Shown: one piece after another, positions 19,501-29,986 of the stretch
Layout: each line of letters starts with the position of its first letter
Numbering within the stretch: the first letter of the stretch is position 1
Assembly (NCBI GenBank): GCA_021780755.1
Contig: JAJXYF010000005.1
Span: 105,031-169,030, forward strand
Origin: Deltaproteobacteria bacterium
GTDB taxonomy: Bacteria > Desulfobacterota > Binatia > Binatales > Binataceae
Length of the DNA: 64,000 bases
Reading direction: 5' to 3'
Notes under the pieces: model-generated
What the model saw: only the letters and a program-made list of their open reading frames with translations
The model's database searches: none
Told to the model about the DNA's origin: nothing
Translations under genes and position numbers: made by a program

Positions 19501-21120
19501 ATGAACGATAATTACGAGCAGCTTCGCCGCGACTTCAAATGGAACACGCCCGCGCGATTTAACTTCGGTGCGGCGATCGATGCCTTCGCCGCCGATCCGG
19601 GTCGCGTCGCGCTGCTGTGGGAAGACCAGGCCGGTAATCGCGCCCGACTGACCTTCGCCGACCTTCGCGAACAGTCCAACCGCGTCGCCAACGTGCTGAC
19701 CGCGTTGGGGATCAAGCGCGGCGACGCCGTGATGATCGTGCTGCCGCGGATTACCCTGTGGCAATGCGTTTACATCGGCGCGCTCAAGGCGGGCGCGATG
19801 GTCGTGCCGTGCGTTTCGATGCTGCGCGAGAAGGACCTGGTGTACCGCGCCAACCATTCTGGGGCGCGCGCGATCATCGCGGGATTCGATAGCGTCGATC
19901 TGGTCGGCGACCTCCGCGGTCAATGCCCCGAACTCAAGCATTACCTGCTGGCGGGGGCTTCGCGCAGCGGATGGGCGTCGATTCAGGAAGCAATGCAGGC
20001 GGCGGCGCCGGACTACCAGCCGGCGGACACCCGCGGCGACGAGCCGGCGATTTGCTACTACACCTCGGGCACGACGAAGGAGCCGAAGGCGGTCCTGCAC
20101 GGCCACGCGTACACCTGGGCGCATCAGTTTACCGGCTCCGCGTGGCTGGGTTTGAAGGCGGGCGATCGTCATTGGACGACCTCGGATACGGGTTGGGCAA
20201 AGGCCGCGTACGGCGTGCTGTTCGGGCCGTGGATGAACGGCATCACGACCTTCATGTATAATGGGCGGTTCGACCCGAAGAAGCAGTTCGAGCTTTTGCG
20301 GCGTTATCGAATTACTACTTTTTGCGCGCCGCCGACTGAGTATCGGATGCTGGTAAAGGAGGACCTCGCGAGTCAACCGCTGCCGGCGCTGCGTCATTGC
20401 GCCGGTGCGGGCGAGCCGCTCAATCCGGAAGTGATCGAGGTCTGGCGCCAGCATTTCAACCTGCTGATTCACGACGGGTACGGGCAGACTGAGACCGCGC
20501 TGGTCGTGGCCAACCTGCCCGGCACACCGATCAAGCCGGGCTCGATGGGGCGCCCGTTTCTCGGCCTCGACGTGCGGGTACTGGACGACCAATTGAAGGA
20601 AGCGGCGACGGGCGAGACCGGACAGATCGCGGTGCGGGTCAAGCCGGATAAGCCGCCTTCGATTATGCTCGAATACTGGAAGAATCCCGGCGAGAACGCG
20701 GCGGTATTTCGCGGTGACTATTATCTAACGGGCGACAATGCGTATCGCGACGCCGACGGCTACCTATGGTTCGTCGGGCGCGCTGATGACCTTATCTCCT
20801 CGGCGGGCTATCGCATCGGGCCGTTCGAGGTTGAGAGCGCCTTGCTCGAACATCCGGCGGTGATGGAATCGGCGGTGGTCGCAAGTCCCGACCCGGATCG
20901 CGGATCAATCGTGAAGGCGTTCGTGCGGCTCAAGGATGGCACCGAGCGGAGCGAAGCGCTCGCGACCGAACTGCAGGAGCATGTCAAGCGGATTACGGCT
21001 CCCTACAAGTATCCGCGCGAGATCGAGTTTGTTGACGATCTGCCGAAAACGGTCAGCGGCAAGATTCGCCGGGTCGAACTGCGCATGCGCGAAGAAGAGC
21101 GCAAACGCCGCACGCCCTGA
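19501..21120 (+). CDS. AMP-forming acyl-CoA synthetase (medium-chain / ACSM-like)
   Basis: AMP-binding motifs YYTSGTTKEPKAV, GYGQTE, YLTGDNAYRDADGYLWFVGRADD, and a C-terminal SGKIRR. Confidence 0.85.
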   Translation: MNDNYEQLRRDFKWNTPARFNFGAAIDAFAADPGRVALLWEDQAGNRARLTFADLREQSNRVANVLTALGIKRGDAVMIVLPRITLWQCVYIGALKAGAMVVPCVSMLREKDLVYRANHSGARAIIAGFDSVDLVGDLRGQCPELKHYLLAGASRSGWASIQEAMQAAAPDYQPADTRGDEPAICYYTSGTTKEPKAVLHGHAYTWAHQFTGSAWLGLKAGDRHWTTSDTGWAKAAYGVLFGPWMNGITTFMYNGRFDPKKQFELLRRYRITTFCAPPTEYRMLVKEDLASQPLPALRHCAGAGEPLNPEVIEVWRQHFNLLIHDGYGQTETALVVANLPGTPIKPGSMGRPFLGLDVRVLDDQLKEAATGETGQIAVRVKPDKPPSIMLEYWKNPGENAAVFRGDYYLTGDNAYRDADGYLWFVGRADDLISSAGYRIGPFEVESALLEHPAVMESAVVASPDPDRGSIVKAFVRLKDGTERSEALATELQEHVKRITAPYKYPREIEFVDDLPKTVSGKIRRVELRMREEERKRRTP

Positions 21121-21130
21121 GCGCCTGGCA

Positions 21131-21703
21131 CTATTTCTTGGTGCGCGCGAGCAGGTTCACCTTGCCGGCGAAATCCTCGAGATCGACCTCGGTGGTTTCC
21201 AGCACTCGCGCGACCATGCCCCAGAATCCAATCGACATGATCAACTCGACGATTTCGCCCTGTCCCAGATGCTTTTGCAGCGCGGCGAGCGTTTCCTTTT
21301 TACCCTTCACGCCCCGCGCGACCTCGTCGGTGAAGCGCAGGACGAGCCGCTCGAGATCGTTGAAGCAGGTCGCGGATTCCCACTTGTCGATCGCGGCAAG
21401 CTGATCGTCGCTGACGCCGACGGCGATCGCGATCGGCACGTGCTGCGTCCATTCGTACACCGAACTGCTGACCTTGGCGGTGCGCAGGATCGCGATTTCG
21501 CGCAGCTTGGAATCGAGCTTGCCCTTGGTCAGCAGGGCGTTGCCAAGCCGCGAGAAATTATGAAAAACGGCCTCCGACGCGTTCGCCATCATGCGCGCGA
21601 CGTTCAGCTTGCGCGGCGTGTTGCCGAGGATTTCGCGGGTCTTCTCGGGTGCCGTGGATTCATCGACATAGGGTAGCAGTGCCATCGCTCCACTCCATTT
21701 CAA
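21131..21703 (-). CDS. Carboxymuconolactone decarboxylase (AhpD-like) family protein
   Basis: Size and sequence pattern (NVARMMANASEAVFHNFSRLGNALL ... REIAILRTA ... YEWTQH) are typical of the CMD family. Confidence 0.7.
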   Translation of the reverse strand: MKWSGAMALLPYVDESTAPEKTREILGNTPRKLNVARMMANASEAVFHNFSRLGNALLTKGKLDSKLREIAILRTAKVSSSVYEWTQHVPIAIAVGVSDDQLAAIDKWESATCFNDLERLVLRFTDEVARGVKGKKETLAALQKHLGQGEIVELIMSIGFWGMVARVLETTEVDLEDFAGKVNLLARTKK

Positions 21704-21819
21704 TAGTCAGTCGCCAGTCGAATAGTCCGTCGTTATTCAGCTCAAAGCGGAGGCGCCCGCTTCACCCGCTCGCAGACTAATACTGAAAATAAGATTTGTG
21801 CAAACGCGCCGACCGCCAA

Positions 21820-22446
21820 CTAGGGCGGCGAGGGCGCGGACGGCGTTCGCTCGCGCCGCCAGAAAAACCAGGCCGCGACGAGCGACAGCACAATCGCGAT
21901 CCCGATCCACAGCAACGCGCGATGGGTTTCTTTCGCGACCCATTCGAGCTCGTCGCCAACCAGGTAGCCAATCGTAATGACGAGGCTGCACCAGACTATC
22001 GCGCCGAGCAGGTTCCATCCGAGAAAGCGCCAGAAACCCATGCCGGCCGCACCCGCCATCGGCCCCGCCATAAAGCGCGCGCCCGCGACGAAGCGCGCCA
22101 TGAAGACCGCCTTACTGCCATGGGTACGAAAAAATGCTTCGAGGCGTTCCTGGCCGGGGCGCATAAAGGCAAAGGTGCGCGCGAGCCACGCCAGCAGTCG
22201 CGAGCCACCCGTGCGGCCGAGCATAAAGCCGGTGCAATCCCCAATCACGGCGCTCACGATACCGACGACGTACAGCGTCTTCAGATCGAGGATATTGCGC
22301 CCGGCGAGAAAGCCGGCGGCGATCAGCACGGTTTCCTCGGGCATCGGAATCCCGAGGTTGCCGACGAACACGCAAATGAAAAGGCCCAGGTAACCCCAGT
22401 TCGCGAGCCAATCGGCCATTCCGGCCGGACTTATCGCATGATGCAT
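21820..22446 (-). CDS. DedA family membrane protein
   Basis: GIPMPEETVLIAAGFLAG ... RFVAGARFMAGPMAGAAGM is typical of DedA/SNARE-associated proteins. Confidence 0.8.
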   Translation of the reverse strand: MHHAISPAGMADWLANWGYLGLFICVFVGNLGIPMPEETVLIAAGFLAGRNILDLKTLYVVGIVSAVIGDCTGFMLGRTGGSRLLAWLARTFAFMRPGQERLEAFFRTHGSKAVFMARFVAGARFMAGPMAGAAGMGFWRFLGWNLLGAIVWCSLVITIGYLVGDELEWVAKETHRALLWIGIAIVLSLVAAWFFWRRERTPSAPSPP

Positions 22447-22659
22447 CAGCGGTTGGCCCCGCGCCGCTTACCTTCACGGTGTCGCTCTCAGTGGTGGCCG
22501 GCGGACGCAGGTTCGATCTAAGCTTGCCGTATCGTCCGCGCAAAAGTAAGAGACCCCGCGCTGGCCCGACCCGCTCGGCTTGCCCACGCCTTTTGAGCGC
22601 GGCGCCGGAAATGCGCTATTGAGATTGCGGCGGGGTCAGTTGTTGCGGCGATCTCAATC

Positions 22660-23136
22660 ATGGCGAGGTGCAATTCGATGAAAACGATCGAGGAACGGCT
22701 GCGCACGCTCGAAGACCTCGAGGAAATTCGCAAACTCAAGGCCCGCTATGCGGCGGCCTGCGACGACAATTACAACGCCGACGCGATCGCGGCGCTCTTC
22801 ACCGAGGATGCCGTGTGGGACGGGGGCGCCCTCGGCAAGGCCGACGGCCGTGCGGCCATCCAGAAGTTCTTCAGCCGCGCGACCGAGTTCTTCCCGTTCG
22901 CGATCCACAACGTAATGAACCCGATTATCGAGGTTGATGGCGATCGGGCGACCGCGCAATGGTATTTGTTGCAGCCGGCGACCATGGCCAAGGACAACCA
23001 GGCCGTATGGCTCGCGGCGGTCTATCACGACGAATACGTCCGTCTCGACGGCCGCTGGATGTTCAAGCGGCTGAAGGTAACGTCGCATTTTCTGACGCCC
23101 TATGAAGAGGGCTGGGCCAAAAAACGCTTCGTGTGA
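22660..23136 (+). CDS. SnoaL-like / NTF2 family protein
   Basis: EEIRKLKARYAAACDDNYNADAIAALFTEDAVWDGG ... DEYVRLDGRWMFKRLKV pattern (SnoaL_4-like). Confidence 0.7.
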   Translation: MARCNSMKTIEERLRTLEDLEEIRKLKARYAAACDDNYNADAIAALFTEDAVWDGGALGKADGRAAIQKFFSRATEFFPFAIHNVMNPIIEVDGDRATAQWYLLQPATMAKDNQAVWLAAVYHDEYVRLDGRWMFKRLKVTSHFLTPYEEGWAKKRFV

Positions 23137-23207
23137 CGATCGCGGCCGCAAGCTGGTAACGGCGCATTCAACTCGACGCAACGATCAACCCTTGAGGTAA
23201 AATTACT

Positions 23208-23978
23208 ATGTCTTTGGCCGGAGAAGTGACCAATCTCGCCACCCTCGAAGCCCGCGACGTTACCTTCCAGAGCGATGGCGCCGCGATGCGCGCATATCTC
23301 GCGCGGCCCAAGGCGCCGGGTACCTATCCCGCCGTGATCGTGCTGCATGAGGCGTTCGGCCTCGTCGAACACGAGCGCGACGTCGCCCGCCGCTTCGCCA
23401 ACGCCGGCTTCATCGCGCTCGCCCCCGACGTCTATTCGCGCATCGGTGCACCGCAAAACGCGTCCGATATGACCGAGGTGCGCGCCAAGATGTTCGGCCT
23501 CACCGATGCCCAACTGGTGCGCGATTTCGAGGCGGCGGCGGCCTTCGTCCGCGCGCAACCCGGCGCCAGCGGAAAGCTCGGATGCGTTGGCTTCTGCGTC
23601 GGCGGACGCTGGACGCTGCTCTTCGCGTGCTCCAGCGGCAAGCTCGACGCGGCCATCGATTGTTGGGGCGGATTCATCACACGCGCCACTCCCGATGCCG
23701 CGACCACGCCCGCGCGGCCGACGCCGGTGATCGATCTCGCCGCAAATCTCCATTGCCCGCTCTATATCGTTTGCGGCGAGGAGGACCAGAATCCGACGCC
23801 GGCCGATGCCGCCGAGTTGGGTAAACGGCTTGAGCGGGCGGGCAAGCAATTTCAGCTCGAAGTTTTCAAAAATGCGGGCCACGCCTTCTTCGCCGATTAT
23901 CGTCCGAGCTATCGCGAGACGCCGGCCTTCGACCTGTGGCCCAAAATGGTCGCGTTTTTCAGGGCGCATCTGGGCTGA
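23208..23978 (+). CDS. Dienelactone hydrolase family protein (second paralog in the window)
   Basis: YPAVIVLHEAFGL, GFCVGG nucleophile motif, and GHAFF near the C-terminus. Confidence 0.8.
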   Translation: MSLAGEVTNLATLEARDVTFQSDGAAMRAYLARPKAPGTYPAVIVLHEAFGLVEHERDVARRFANAGFIALAPDVYSRIGAPQNASDMTEVRAKMFGLTDAQLVRDFEAAAAFVRAQPGASGKLGCVGFCVGGRWTLLFACSSGKLDAAIDCWGGFITRATPDAATTPARPTPVIDLAANLHCPLYIVCGEEDQNPTPADAAELGKRLERAGKQFQLEVFKNAGHAFFADYRPSYRETPAFDLWPKMVAFFRAHLG

Positions 23979-24029
23979 GACAATGCGCCAGCCATTGCGA
24001 ATCGTCAGCGCATAAGGAAATCGCGGATT

Positions 24030-25142
24030 ATGGCCGATCGAATCTGGACCGACGCGATCGTGCGGATGCGCACGCGAATCGATCGCACCGCGGCGACGGC
24101 GCACGACGGCTTCCCCCATTTCGCCGATCCCACGACGGGGGAGTGGACGCTTACGCCCGCGGGCGATTGGACCGGGGGCTACTGGAACGCGATGCTCTGG
24201 CTGACCGCCGCGGCGAGCGGCGACGATCGCTATGCGCGTCTCGCCGAAGGATGGACGGCGCGTCTGCGCTCGCGCATTGATTCGCAAACCTCCGCGCGCG
24301 GCCTGCTCTTCTATTACGGCGCCGCGGTGGGTGCGATTCTCACCAACAATGCGCTCGCCCGCGAACTCGCGATCGCGGCCGCCCGCTCGCTCGCCGCGTC
24401 ATACAATCCGCATGCCGAGGTCATCCCGCTGGGCGCCGAGTTCGAGGAGGTCCACAGCGTCGGTCTGGGTGAATCCGAAATCGATGTCGTGCAGATAGCG
24501 GCACTGTTGTCATGGGCGGCGCGCGAGACCGGCAATCCGAAGCTGCGCGAAATAGCGGTGCGCCATGCTCATCGCCATATCGAATTCTGTCTGCGCGCCG
24601 ACGGCTCGATCTGCCAATCCGCTTCGTTCGAACCAGGCACCGGCCAGATGACGCGGCGCTATACGCACAAGGGCGTCACCGACGACAGCACGTGGGCCCG
24701 CGCGCAGGCGTGGGGGATCCTGGGATGGGCGCTCGCCGCCCATTGGACCGGTGACGCCGCGCTGATCGATCCGGCGGAGCGCGCCGCCGACTGGTGGCTG
24801 AGGCACGTACCAGCCGATCGCGTGGCCTTCTGGGACTTCGACGATCCCGCAATTCCGCACACCAACCGCGACACCTCCGCGACCGCGATCGCCGCTGCCG
24901 CGATGCTCAAGCTTGCGCAACTCTCGCACTCCGACGCGAAGCGCCACGAATATCGCGAAGCCGCCGCGGCGACCGTCCGCGCACTCGTCGAGAATTATCT
25001 TGGACCCGAGGGCGGGCTTTGGCAGGGCTGCTACAACAAACGGATCGATCTGGCGACGAAGCACGAACTCATCTGGGGCTCGTATTATCTGTACGAATCA
25101 CTCCAGGTCCTCGCCCGCCTGCTCGACCCCACTCGCATCTAA
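24030..25142 (+). CDS. Glycoside hydrolase family 88-like protein (unsaturated glucuronyl hydrolase-like)
   Basis: WTGGYWNAMLWL, FWDFDDP, and RDTSATAIAAAAMLKL motifs resemble GH88/GH105 enzymes. Confidence 0.55.
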   Translation: MADRIWTDAIVRMRTRIDRTAATAHDGFPHFADPTTGEWTLTPAGDWTGGYWNAMLWLTAAASGDDRYARLAEGWTARLRSRIDSQTSARGLLFYYGAAVGAILTNNALARELAIAAARSLAASYNPHAEVIPLGAEFEEVHSVGLGESEIDVVQIAALLSWAARETGNPKLREIAVRHAHRHIEFCLRADGSICQSASFEPGTGQMTRRYTHKGVTDDSTWARAQAWGILGWALAAHWTGDAALIDPAERAADWWLRHVPADRVAFWDFDDPAIPHTNRDTSATAIAAAAMLKLAQLSHSDAKRHEYREAAAATVRALVENYLGPEGGLWQGCYNKRIDLATKHELIWGSYYLYESLQVLARLLDPTRI

Positions 25143-25174
25143 CTGTCCTGATAACATTCAGAATTCCGCCGCAG

Positions 25175-26605
25175 CTACTTCAGGGCGCGAACCGAAAAGC
25201 CGCGATCATTGAAGCACAGCAGCGATCGTTTGCCTTGCAACGAGGTCTCCAGCACGCATTCGCGTCCCCATAGACGGTAGACGTACGATATCGTCTTCTC
25301 CGCGTATTCGAGTTGCAGGTCGCGCCCGTCGTGATAATGCTTCAGATACAGCGTGCGATTGTGGCCGAAGTCCGCGTCCTCGACCTTGATCACCGGGATC
25401 GAGCCGGCGCCGACGTTCTTGATCAACGTCTCCTTGACGGTCTTCCAACCCGCCTGGTCCGAGACCTTGTCGATTACCAGTTCGTCGCCGCGCGCTTCGT
25501 ACTGGAACATGTCCATCTCGCGCATCAATTCCTCGGTCAGGTACCGCCGCAAGAAAGATGAATCGCGCTCGACTTCGCGCGCCTCGAAGATTTTCTCGGT
25601 GCCGTTCTTGGTCGGTGCGCCGTACTTCTTGATCTCCTCGGGGGTCGGCTCGGTATGGCGGCGGTAGATGTCTTCCCAGATTTTGAAGCCGAGGTGATAC
25701 GGATTGATTTGTCCCGGACTCGGCCGCAGTACCTGGTTGTGCCGCACGATGAACTCCAGGTGCAGCCCCTGTTCCAGTTCGAGTGACTCCACGATCTTCT
25801 TGTGCCAGTAGCTCGCCCAGCCCTCGTTCATAATTTTGGTTTCCATCATCGGGAGAAAATACTTGGTCTCCTCATCGACGATGGTCAGCAGATCTTTTTC
25901 CCATTCTTGCAGGAACGGATTGTGATCCCGGATGAACAGCAGTACGTCCTCGTCGGGCTCGAGCGGCACCTTGTTGGTTTCCGGCGGATGATATTCCGGG
26001 CGCGCGTGGAGGCGCGAAAACGGATCGGTACGCGGCTGCGCGGCCTCGACGGCGCGCTCGATCTGCTCGCCGCGATCGAGCTTGCGGATCGCGAGATTGC
26101 GCCGGCATTGGAAGTTGAGCGCGTGGGCGCCGTCGAGAATCCGTTCGACCTTTTCGATCCCGATCGACGGATCCTCCATATAGCGCCGCACCCGCAGCGC
26201 ATGCGCCTTGAAGCGCTCGATCGTCAGCTCCGCGCGGTTCGACTTGAAAGTGAAATTATTTTTAAAAAAATCGTTATGACCATAGACGTGCGCAATGGTC
26301 AGAATCTGCAGCAGCAGAGAGTTGTCGCGCATCAGGTAGGCGATCGCCGGGTTCGACGCGATCACCATCTCGTACGGCAGCCCGCTGACCCCGTAATCGT
26401 AAAGCGTCTTGAGCTTCTCGTACGATTTGCCGTATGACCAGTGCGGGTAATGCGACGGCATCCCGGAGTACGCCATGTACCCGAGCATTCCGACGTGGTC
26501 GCAAATCTCAAATTCCTGCGGAAACCAGGTCAGCCCGAATTCCTCCGCCTTTGCGCGGATGCGGTTGTCCCACTCGACCAGGTCCTGGATTTCGTAGTTC
26601 GCCAT
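25175..26605 (-). CDS. SpoVR family protein
   Basis: MLGYMAYSGMPSHYPHWSYGKSYEKL ... IAHVYGHNDFFKNN ... NEGWASYWH are classic SpoVR/YcgB motifs. It is the third gene of the prkA operon. Confidence 0.9.
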   Translation of the reverse strand: MANYEIQDLVEWDNRIRAKAEEFGLTWFPQEFEICDHVGMLGYMAYSGMPSHYPHWSYGKSYEKLKTLYDYGVSGLPYEMVIASNPAIAYLMRDNSLLLQILTIAHVYGHNDFFKNNFTFKSNRAELTIERFKAHALRVRRYMEDPSIGIEKVERILDGAHALNFQCRRNLAIRKLDRGEQIERAVEAAQPRTDPFSRLHARPEYHPPETNKVPLEPDEDVLLFIRDHNPFLQEWEKDLLTIVDEETKYFLPMMETKIMNEGWASYWHKKIVESLELEQGLHLEFIVRHNQVLRPSPGQINPYHLGFKIWEDIYRRHTEPTPEEIKKYGAPTKNGTEKIFEAREVERDSSFLRRYLTEELMREMDMFQYEARGDELVIDKVSDQAGWKTVKETLIKNVGAGSIPVIKVEDADFGHNRTLYLKHYHDGRDLQLEYAEKTISYVYRLWGRECVLETSLQGKRSLLCFNDRGFSVRALK

Positions 26606-26668
26606 TTCACTCCGCGAAGTTCCGCCGCGTTGGGCGCTTGTAGTAAATGAACCGGCTGGCGCGCGCGC

Positions 26669-27886
26669 CTATTCCTTGACCCGATCCTTCGACAGAAATG
26701 CCTTGAACGACGGCCAGATGTCCTCCTTGCGTTCGATCAGCACGGCCTGAAAATTCGGTGCATCGAGCCGCCGGAACACGTTGAGCATCGAGGATTCGTA
26801 GTAGCGCGAGCCGAGCGGCTTGATCTCCCCGTAGCCGAACAGATTGCAGATCTCGCTCAACTCTTTGGCCGCCCGCAGCGCCGCCGGATTGTCCGAGTCG
26901 AAATTGTCGCCGTCCGAACAATGGAACGCGTAGAGGTTCCACAGCGACGGATGATAACGCTCCGCGATGATATCGAGCGCCTTCTGATAGCCCGACGAAA
27001 TGAACGTGCCGCCCGCCTCGCCTTTGTGGAAGAACTCGTCCTCGGTGACCTCGCTCGCCTCCGTATGATGCGCGACGAATACGATCTCGACGTTGCGATA
27101 GCGGGTCGAGATGAACTGGTAGAGCAGGAAAAAGAAGCTGCGCGCGAGATACTTCTTCATCGTATCCATCGAGCCCGAGGTGTCCATGATGCAGACCACC
27201 GCCGCGTTCGATTCCTCGCGGACATCGGTCTCCAGATGCTTGTAGCGCAGGTCATCCTGATGGAACGGGAAGCGACGCTCGTTGCCCTCCGCGTCCTTGG
27301 GACTTCCATATCCCTGCACGGTCTGGTTGTGCCGCGTCGCCAGCACCCGCTTCACGCGCTGACGCGCCGTGCGCCGCTTGTCCAGGCGAATCCGGATGCC
27401 GACGTGGCGATAGCCCTTGCGCTTGGCAAAACGATCAGTCGGTATTTCGCGCAGCGCGCGCCGCTCAAGATTCGGCAGTTCGAGATCCTCGAACATGATC
27501 TCGATTAGCTCGTCGAGCGTGACGTCGGTCTCGTAATAGTCCACACCGGGGCGATCGCCGGCCTTGCCGTCGCCTTGCCCCTGGCCGTCCTTGCCGGCCT
27601 TGCCGACCACCTGCCCGGGCTGTGAGTTGCCGTCGCCTTCTCCAACGCCCGGCGCGTTGTCGCCGTAAATAAACCGGTATTCTTTGATCCCGCGCAGCGG
27701 GACCTTGATGATGCGGTCCTTGTTTTTGCCGATGATCGATTCTTCGGCGATGATGTCGGCGATGTTCTCGCGAATCGACTCGCGCACTTTTTCGCGATGC
27801 CGCAGGCGGTCGCCCGCCGATCGATCCGATCGCTCGGCATCGGAGATCCGGTACTCGCGAAAGATGGTCTCGCTCGTCATAAGCAA
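26669..27886 (-). CDS. YeaH/YhbH family protein (DUF444, vWA-like)
   Basis: IIKVPLRGIKEYRFIYGDN ... VVCIMDTSGSMD ... AFHCSDGDNF pattern, located between prkA and spoVR. Confidence 0.9.
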   Translation of the reverse strand: MLMTSETIFREYRISDAERSDRSAGDRLRHREKVRESIRENIADIIAEESIIGKNKDRIIKVPLRGIKEYRFIYGDNAPGVGEGDGNSQPGQVVGKAGKDGQGQGDGKAGDRPGVDYYETDVTLDELIEIMFEDLELPNLERRALREIPTDRFAKRKGYRHVGIRIRLDKRRTARQRVKRVLATRHNQTVQGYGSPKDAEGNERRFPFHQDDLRYKHLETDVREESNAAVVCIMDTSGSMDTMKKYLARSFFFLLYQFISTRYRNVEIVFVAHHTEASEVTEDEFFHKGEAGGTFISSGYQKALDIIAERYHPSLWNLYAFHCSDGDNFDSDNPAALRAAKELSEICNLFGYGEIKPLGSRYYESSMLNVFRRLDAPNFQAVLIERKEDIWPSFKAFLSKDRVKE

Positions 27887-28051
27887 CGTCCTCCGCCGCC
27901 CACTGGACCCTGTCTAATTATACCCCGGCGCCGCTCGATGCACGAAGCGAATTCTCCTCCGGCGCGTGCGATGAGGGCCCCCGTGCACACCGCCGCCACC
28001 CCTCCCCATGCGGGAAAGGGTGGCGGCAGGCGGTGATGGCCGGATGTCCGA

Positions 28052-29986
28052 TCAGTCCTTCCAGAGATTGTTGGCTGCGTACTTCAACACCACGTCCACG
28101 CACGATTCGCAGTAGCCATGTTCGAGCAGGTTCTTGACCATCGAGCCGTACTTTTCGGTCTGCTCCTCGTCGCGCGTGCGCGCCTTGGTGATGATCCGCG
28201 AGATGTCGCGCACCGAGGTCATGAGCTTTTTCTCGATCGCTTCCTTGAGCGGTTCGTAGCTGCGATAGCTGACCTTCTCGCCGCGCCGCGAGGTCGCCCA
28301 CAGGTACGCGATGACCTCCTGCCGAAAGCCCTCGGCGGCCGATCCGATGATCGCGATTTGCTCCTCGATTGACTTCAGGAAGCCCTCGTCGGGCGGCAGC
28401 TCTTCCTTCGTGTTGCGATCGCGCACCTTGGTCTTGTTGACGTATGATTCCGCGTGGTCGAGGTAGTTCTGGAACAACGCCTCGGCCTGCTCCTGATACG
28501 AGTAAACGAACGCGCGCGTGATCTCCTTTTCTAGCAGGTCGAGATATTCCTTGTGCAGCGTGTCCTGCAGGAACTCCAGGTACTGCTTGCGCGTGTCGTC
28601 GGGCAGGTCGGCCTCCTTGGTCATCGAGATCAGCGCCTCGCGCACGTTGATCGGATTGATGCAGTTGCCCGACACGTTGTCCGACAGCGCGTTGTCCAGC
28701 GCCTTCATGATGAAGCGCGTCGAAATGCCGTTCATGCCCTCGCGCTTGGTGTCTTCCTTGAGTTCTTGCACGTCGATCTTTTTGGTGCGTCCCTTCTCGA
28801 CCACTTCCTCGCCGTTGTACAGGCGCAGCTTGGTCATCAGGTCGCATTTCGAGGTCGGCTCGAGGCGCGACAGAATCGCGAACATCGACGCCAGCTCCAG
28901 CGTATGCGGCGCTACGTGGGCGCGGAAATCCGAGTGACGGATGATCTTCTGATAGATCTTGACCTCTTCCGACAACCGCAGATTGTACGGCACCTTGACC
29001 ACCACGATACGATCCAGGATCGCCTCGTTGGTGTGATCGGCCTTGAACTTCTGCCATTCGGCTTCGTTCGAATGCGCCAGGATGCAGGTGTCAACGTAAA
29101 CCATGCCGTGGCGGCCCGGCGCCGGAATCACCTTCTCCTGCGTCGCCGTGATCATCGCGTGCAGGTACTCGGTCTCGTTCTTGAACACCTCGATAAATTC
29201 CACGATGCCGCGATTGCCGACGTTCAGCGCGCCGTTGAGCTCGAGTACCCGCGGGTCGCCCTCCGAATATTGATCAAGCTTCGAGATGTCTTCCGAACCG
29301 ATCAGCACCGAGGTGTCCTGGTTGTTCGGATCGACCGGCGGCACCACGCCCACGCCCACGCGATTGCGCTTCGAGAGGCTGCGCGTCTCGATGGGGAACT
29401 CTTCGTAACGCTGGCTGAATTCCTCTTTGAGGCGATAGCGGCATACCGGGCAGAGATCGCCCTCGACATGCACGCCGAGCATCTTCTCGAACTCGCGGCG
29501 CAGATGGCGCGGTATCAGATGCAGCGGCTCCTCATGCATCGGGCAGCCCTCGATCACGTGGACCGCATCGACCTGTTCGAGCCCGCGCTGAATCCGCTCG
29601 ACCAGCGAGCTTTTGCCCGAGCCGACCGGGCCCATCAGGTAGAGCACCTGCCGGCTCTCTTCACCCTTCAGCGACGCCGAATGGAAATAGCGCACGATCT
29701 GCGAGATCGTCCGCTCGATACCGAAAAACTCGTCGGCGAAAAAGTTGTAAACCTTTATCGGTTCATCCTTGTACAGACGCTTGGTGCGCGGATCGTCCGT
29801 GTCGTGGATGTTGCGCGTGCCCTGCGTGATGATCATGTCGTAGATGCGCGCGTGCGAGAGCTTCGTCATCAAGGGATTCGTCTTGACGATTTCCAGATAC
29901 TCGAGCAACGTGCCGCGCCATTGCTTCGATTCGCGGGCCGCGCGATCGCGTTTGATCACCTGCTCAAAACTGCTCGTTTCAGCCAT
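28052..29986 (-). CDS. prkA: PrkA family serine protein kinase (YeaG-like)
   Basis: 644 aa with Walker A LMGPVGSGKSSLVE and the conserved PrkA AAA and C-terminal domains (GIVEFIEVFKNETEYLHAMITATQEK). Confidence 0.9.
   Translation of the reverse strand: MAETSSFEQVIKRDRAARESKQWRGTLLEYLEIVKTNPLMTKLSHARIYDMIITQGTRNIHDTDDPRTKRLYKDEPIKVYNFFADEFFGIERTISQIVRYFHSASLKGEESRQVLYLMGPVGSGKSSLVERIQRGLEQVDAVHVIEGCPMHEEPLHLIPRHLRREFEKMLGVHVEGDLCPVCRYRLKEEFSQRYEEFPIETRSLSKRNRVGVGVVPPVDPNNQDTSVLIGSEDISKLDQYSEGDPRVLELNGALNVGNRGIVEFIEVFKNETEYLHAMITATQEKVIPAPGRHGMVYVDTCILAHSNEAEWQKFKADHTNEAILDRIVVVKVPYNLRLSEEVKIYQKIIRHSDFRAHVAPHTLELASMFAILSRLEPTSKCDLMTKLRLYNGEEVVEKGRTKKIDVQELKEDTKREGMNGISTRFIMKALDNALSDNVSGNCINPINVREALISMTKEADLPDDTRKQYLEFLQDTLHKEYLDLLEKEITRAFVYSYQEQAEALFQNYLDHAESYVNKTKVRDRNTKEELPPDEGFLKSIEEQIAIIGSAAEGFRQEVIAYLWATSRRGEKVSYRSYEPLKEAIEKKLMTSVRDISRIITKARTRDEEQTEKYGSMVKNLLEHGYCESCVDVVLKYAANNLWKD

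Noticed and set aside
19021-20592. Very long antisense ORFs opposite well-supported genes. Examples: 19021..20592 (523 aa), 40354..42273 (639 aa), 61301..62965 (554 aa), 28553..30061 (502 aa), 5135..6550 (471 aa), 15309..16499, 7936..9090, 55001..56113 and 23100..24287.
   Set aside because: Their translations are Arg/Ala/Gly/Pro-rich low-complexity sequence with no recognisable motifs. Each lies opposite a gene with strong family signatures. Long stop-free antisense frames are expected in GC-rich DNA.
22510-22518. A T-loop-like GGTTCGATC that could indicate a tRNA in the DedA / SnoaL intergenic region.
   Set aside because: The flanking sequence cannot form a T-arm, acceptor stem or anticodon arm. 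No other intergenic region shows a cloverleaf, so no tRNA is called in this window.
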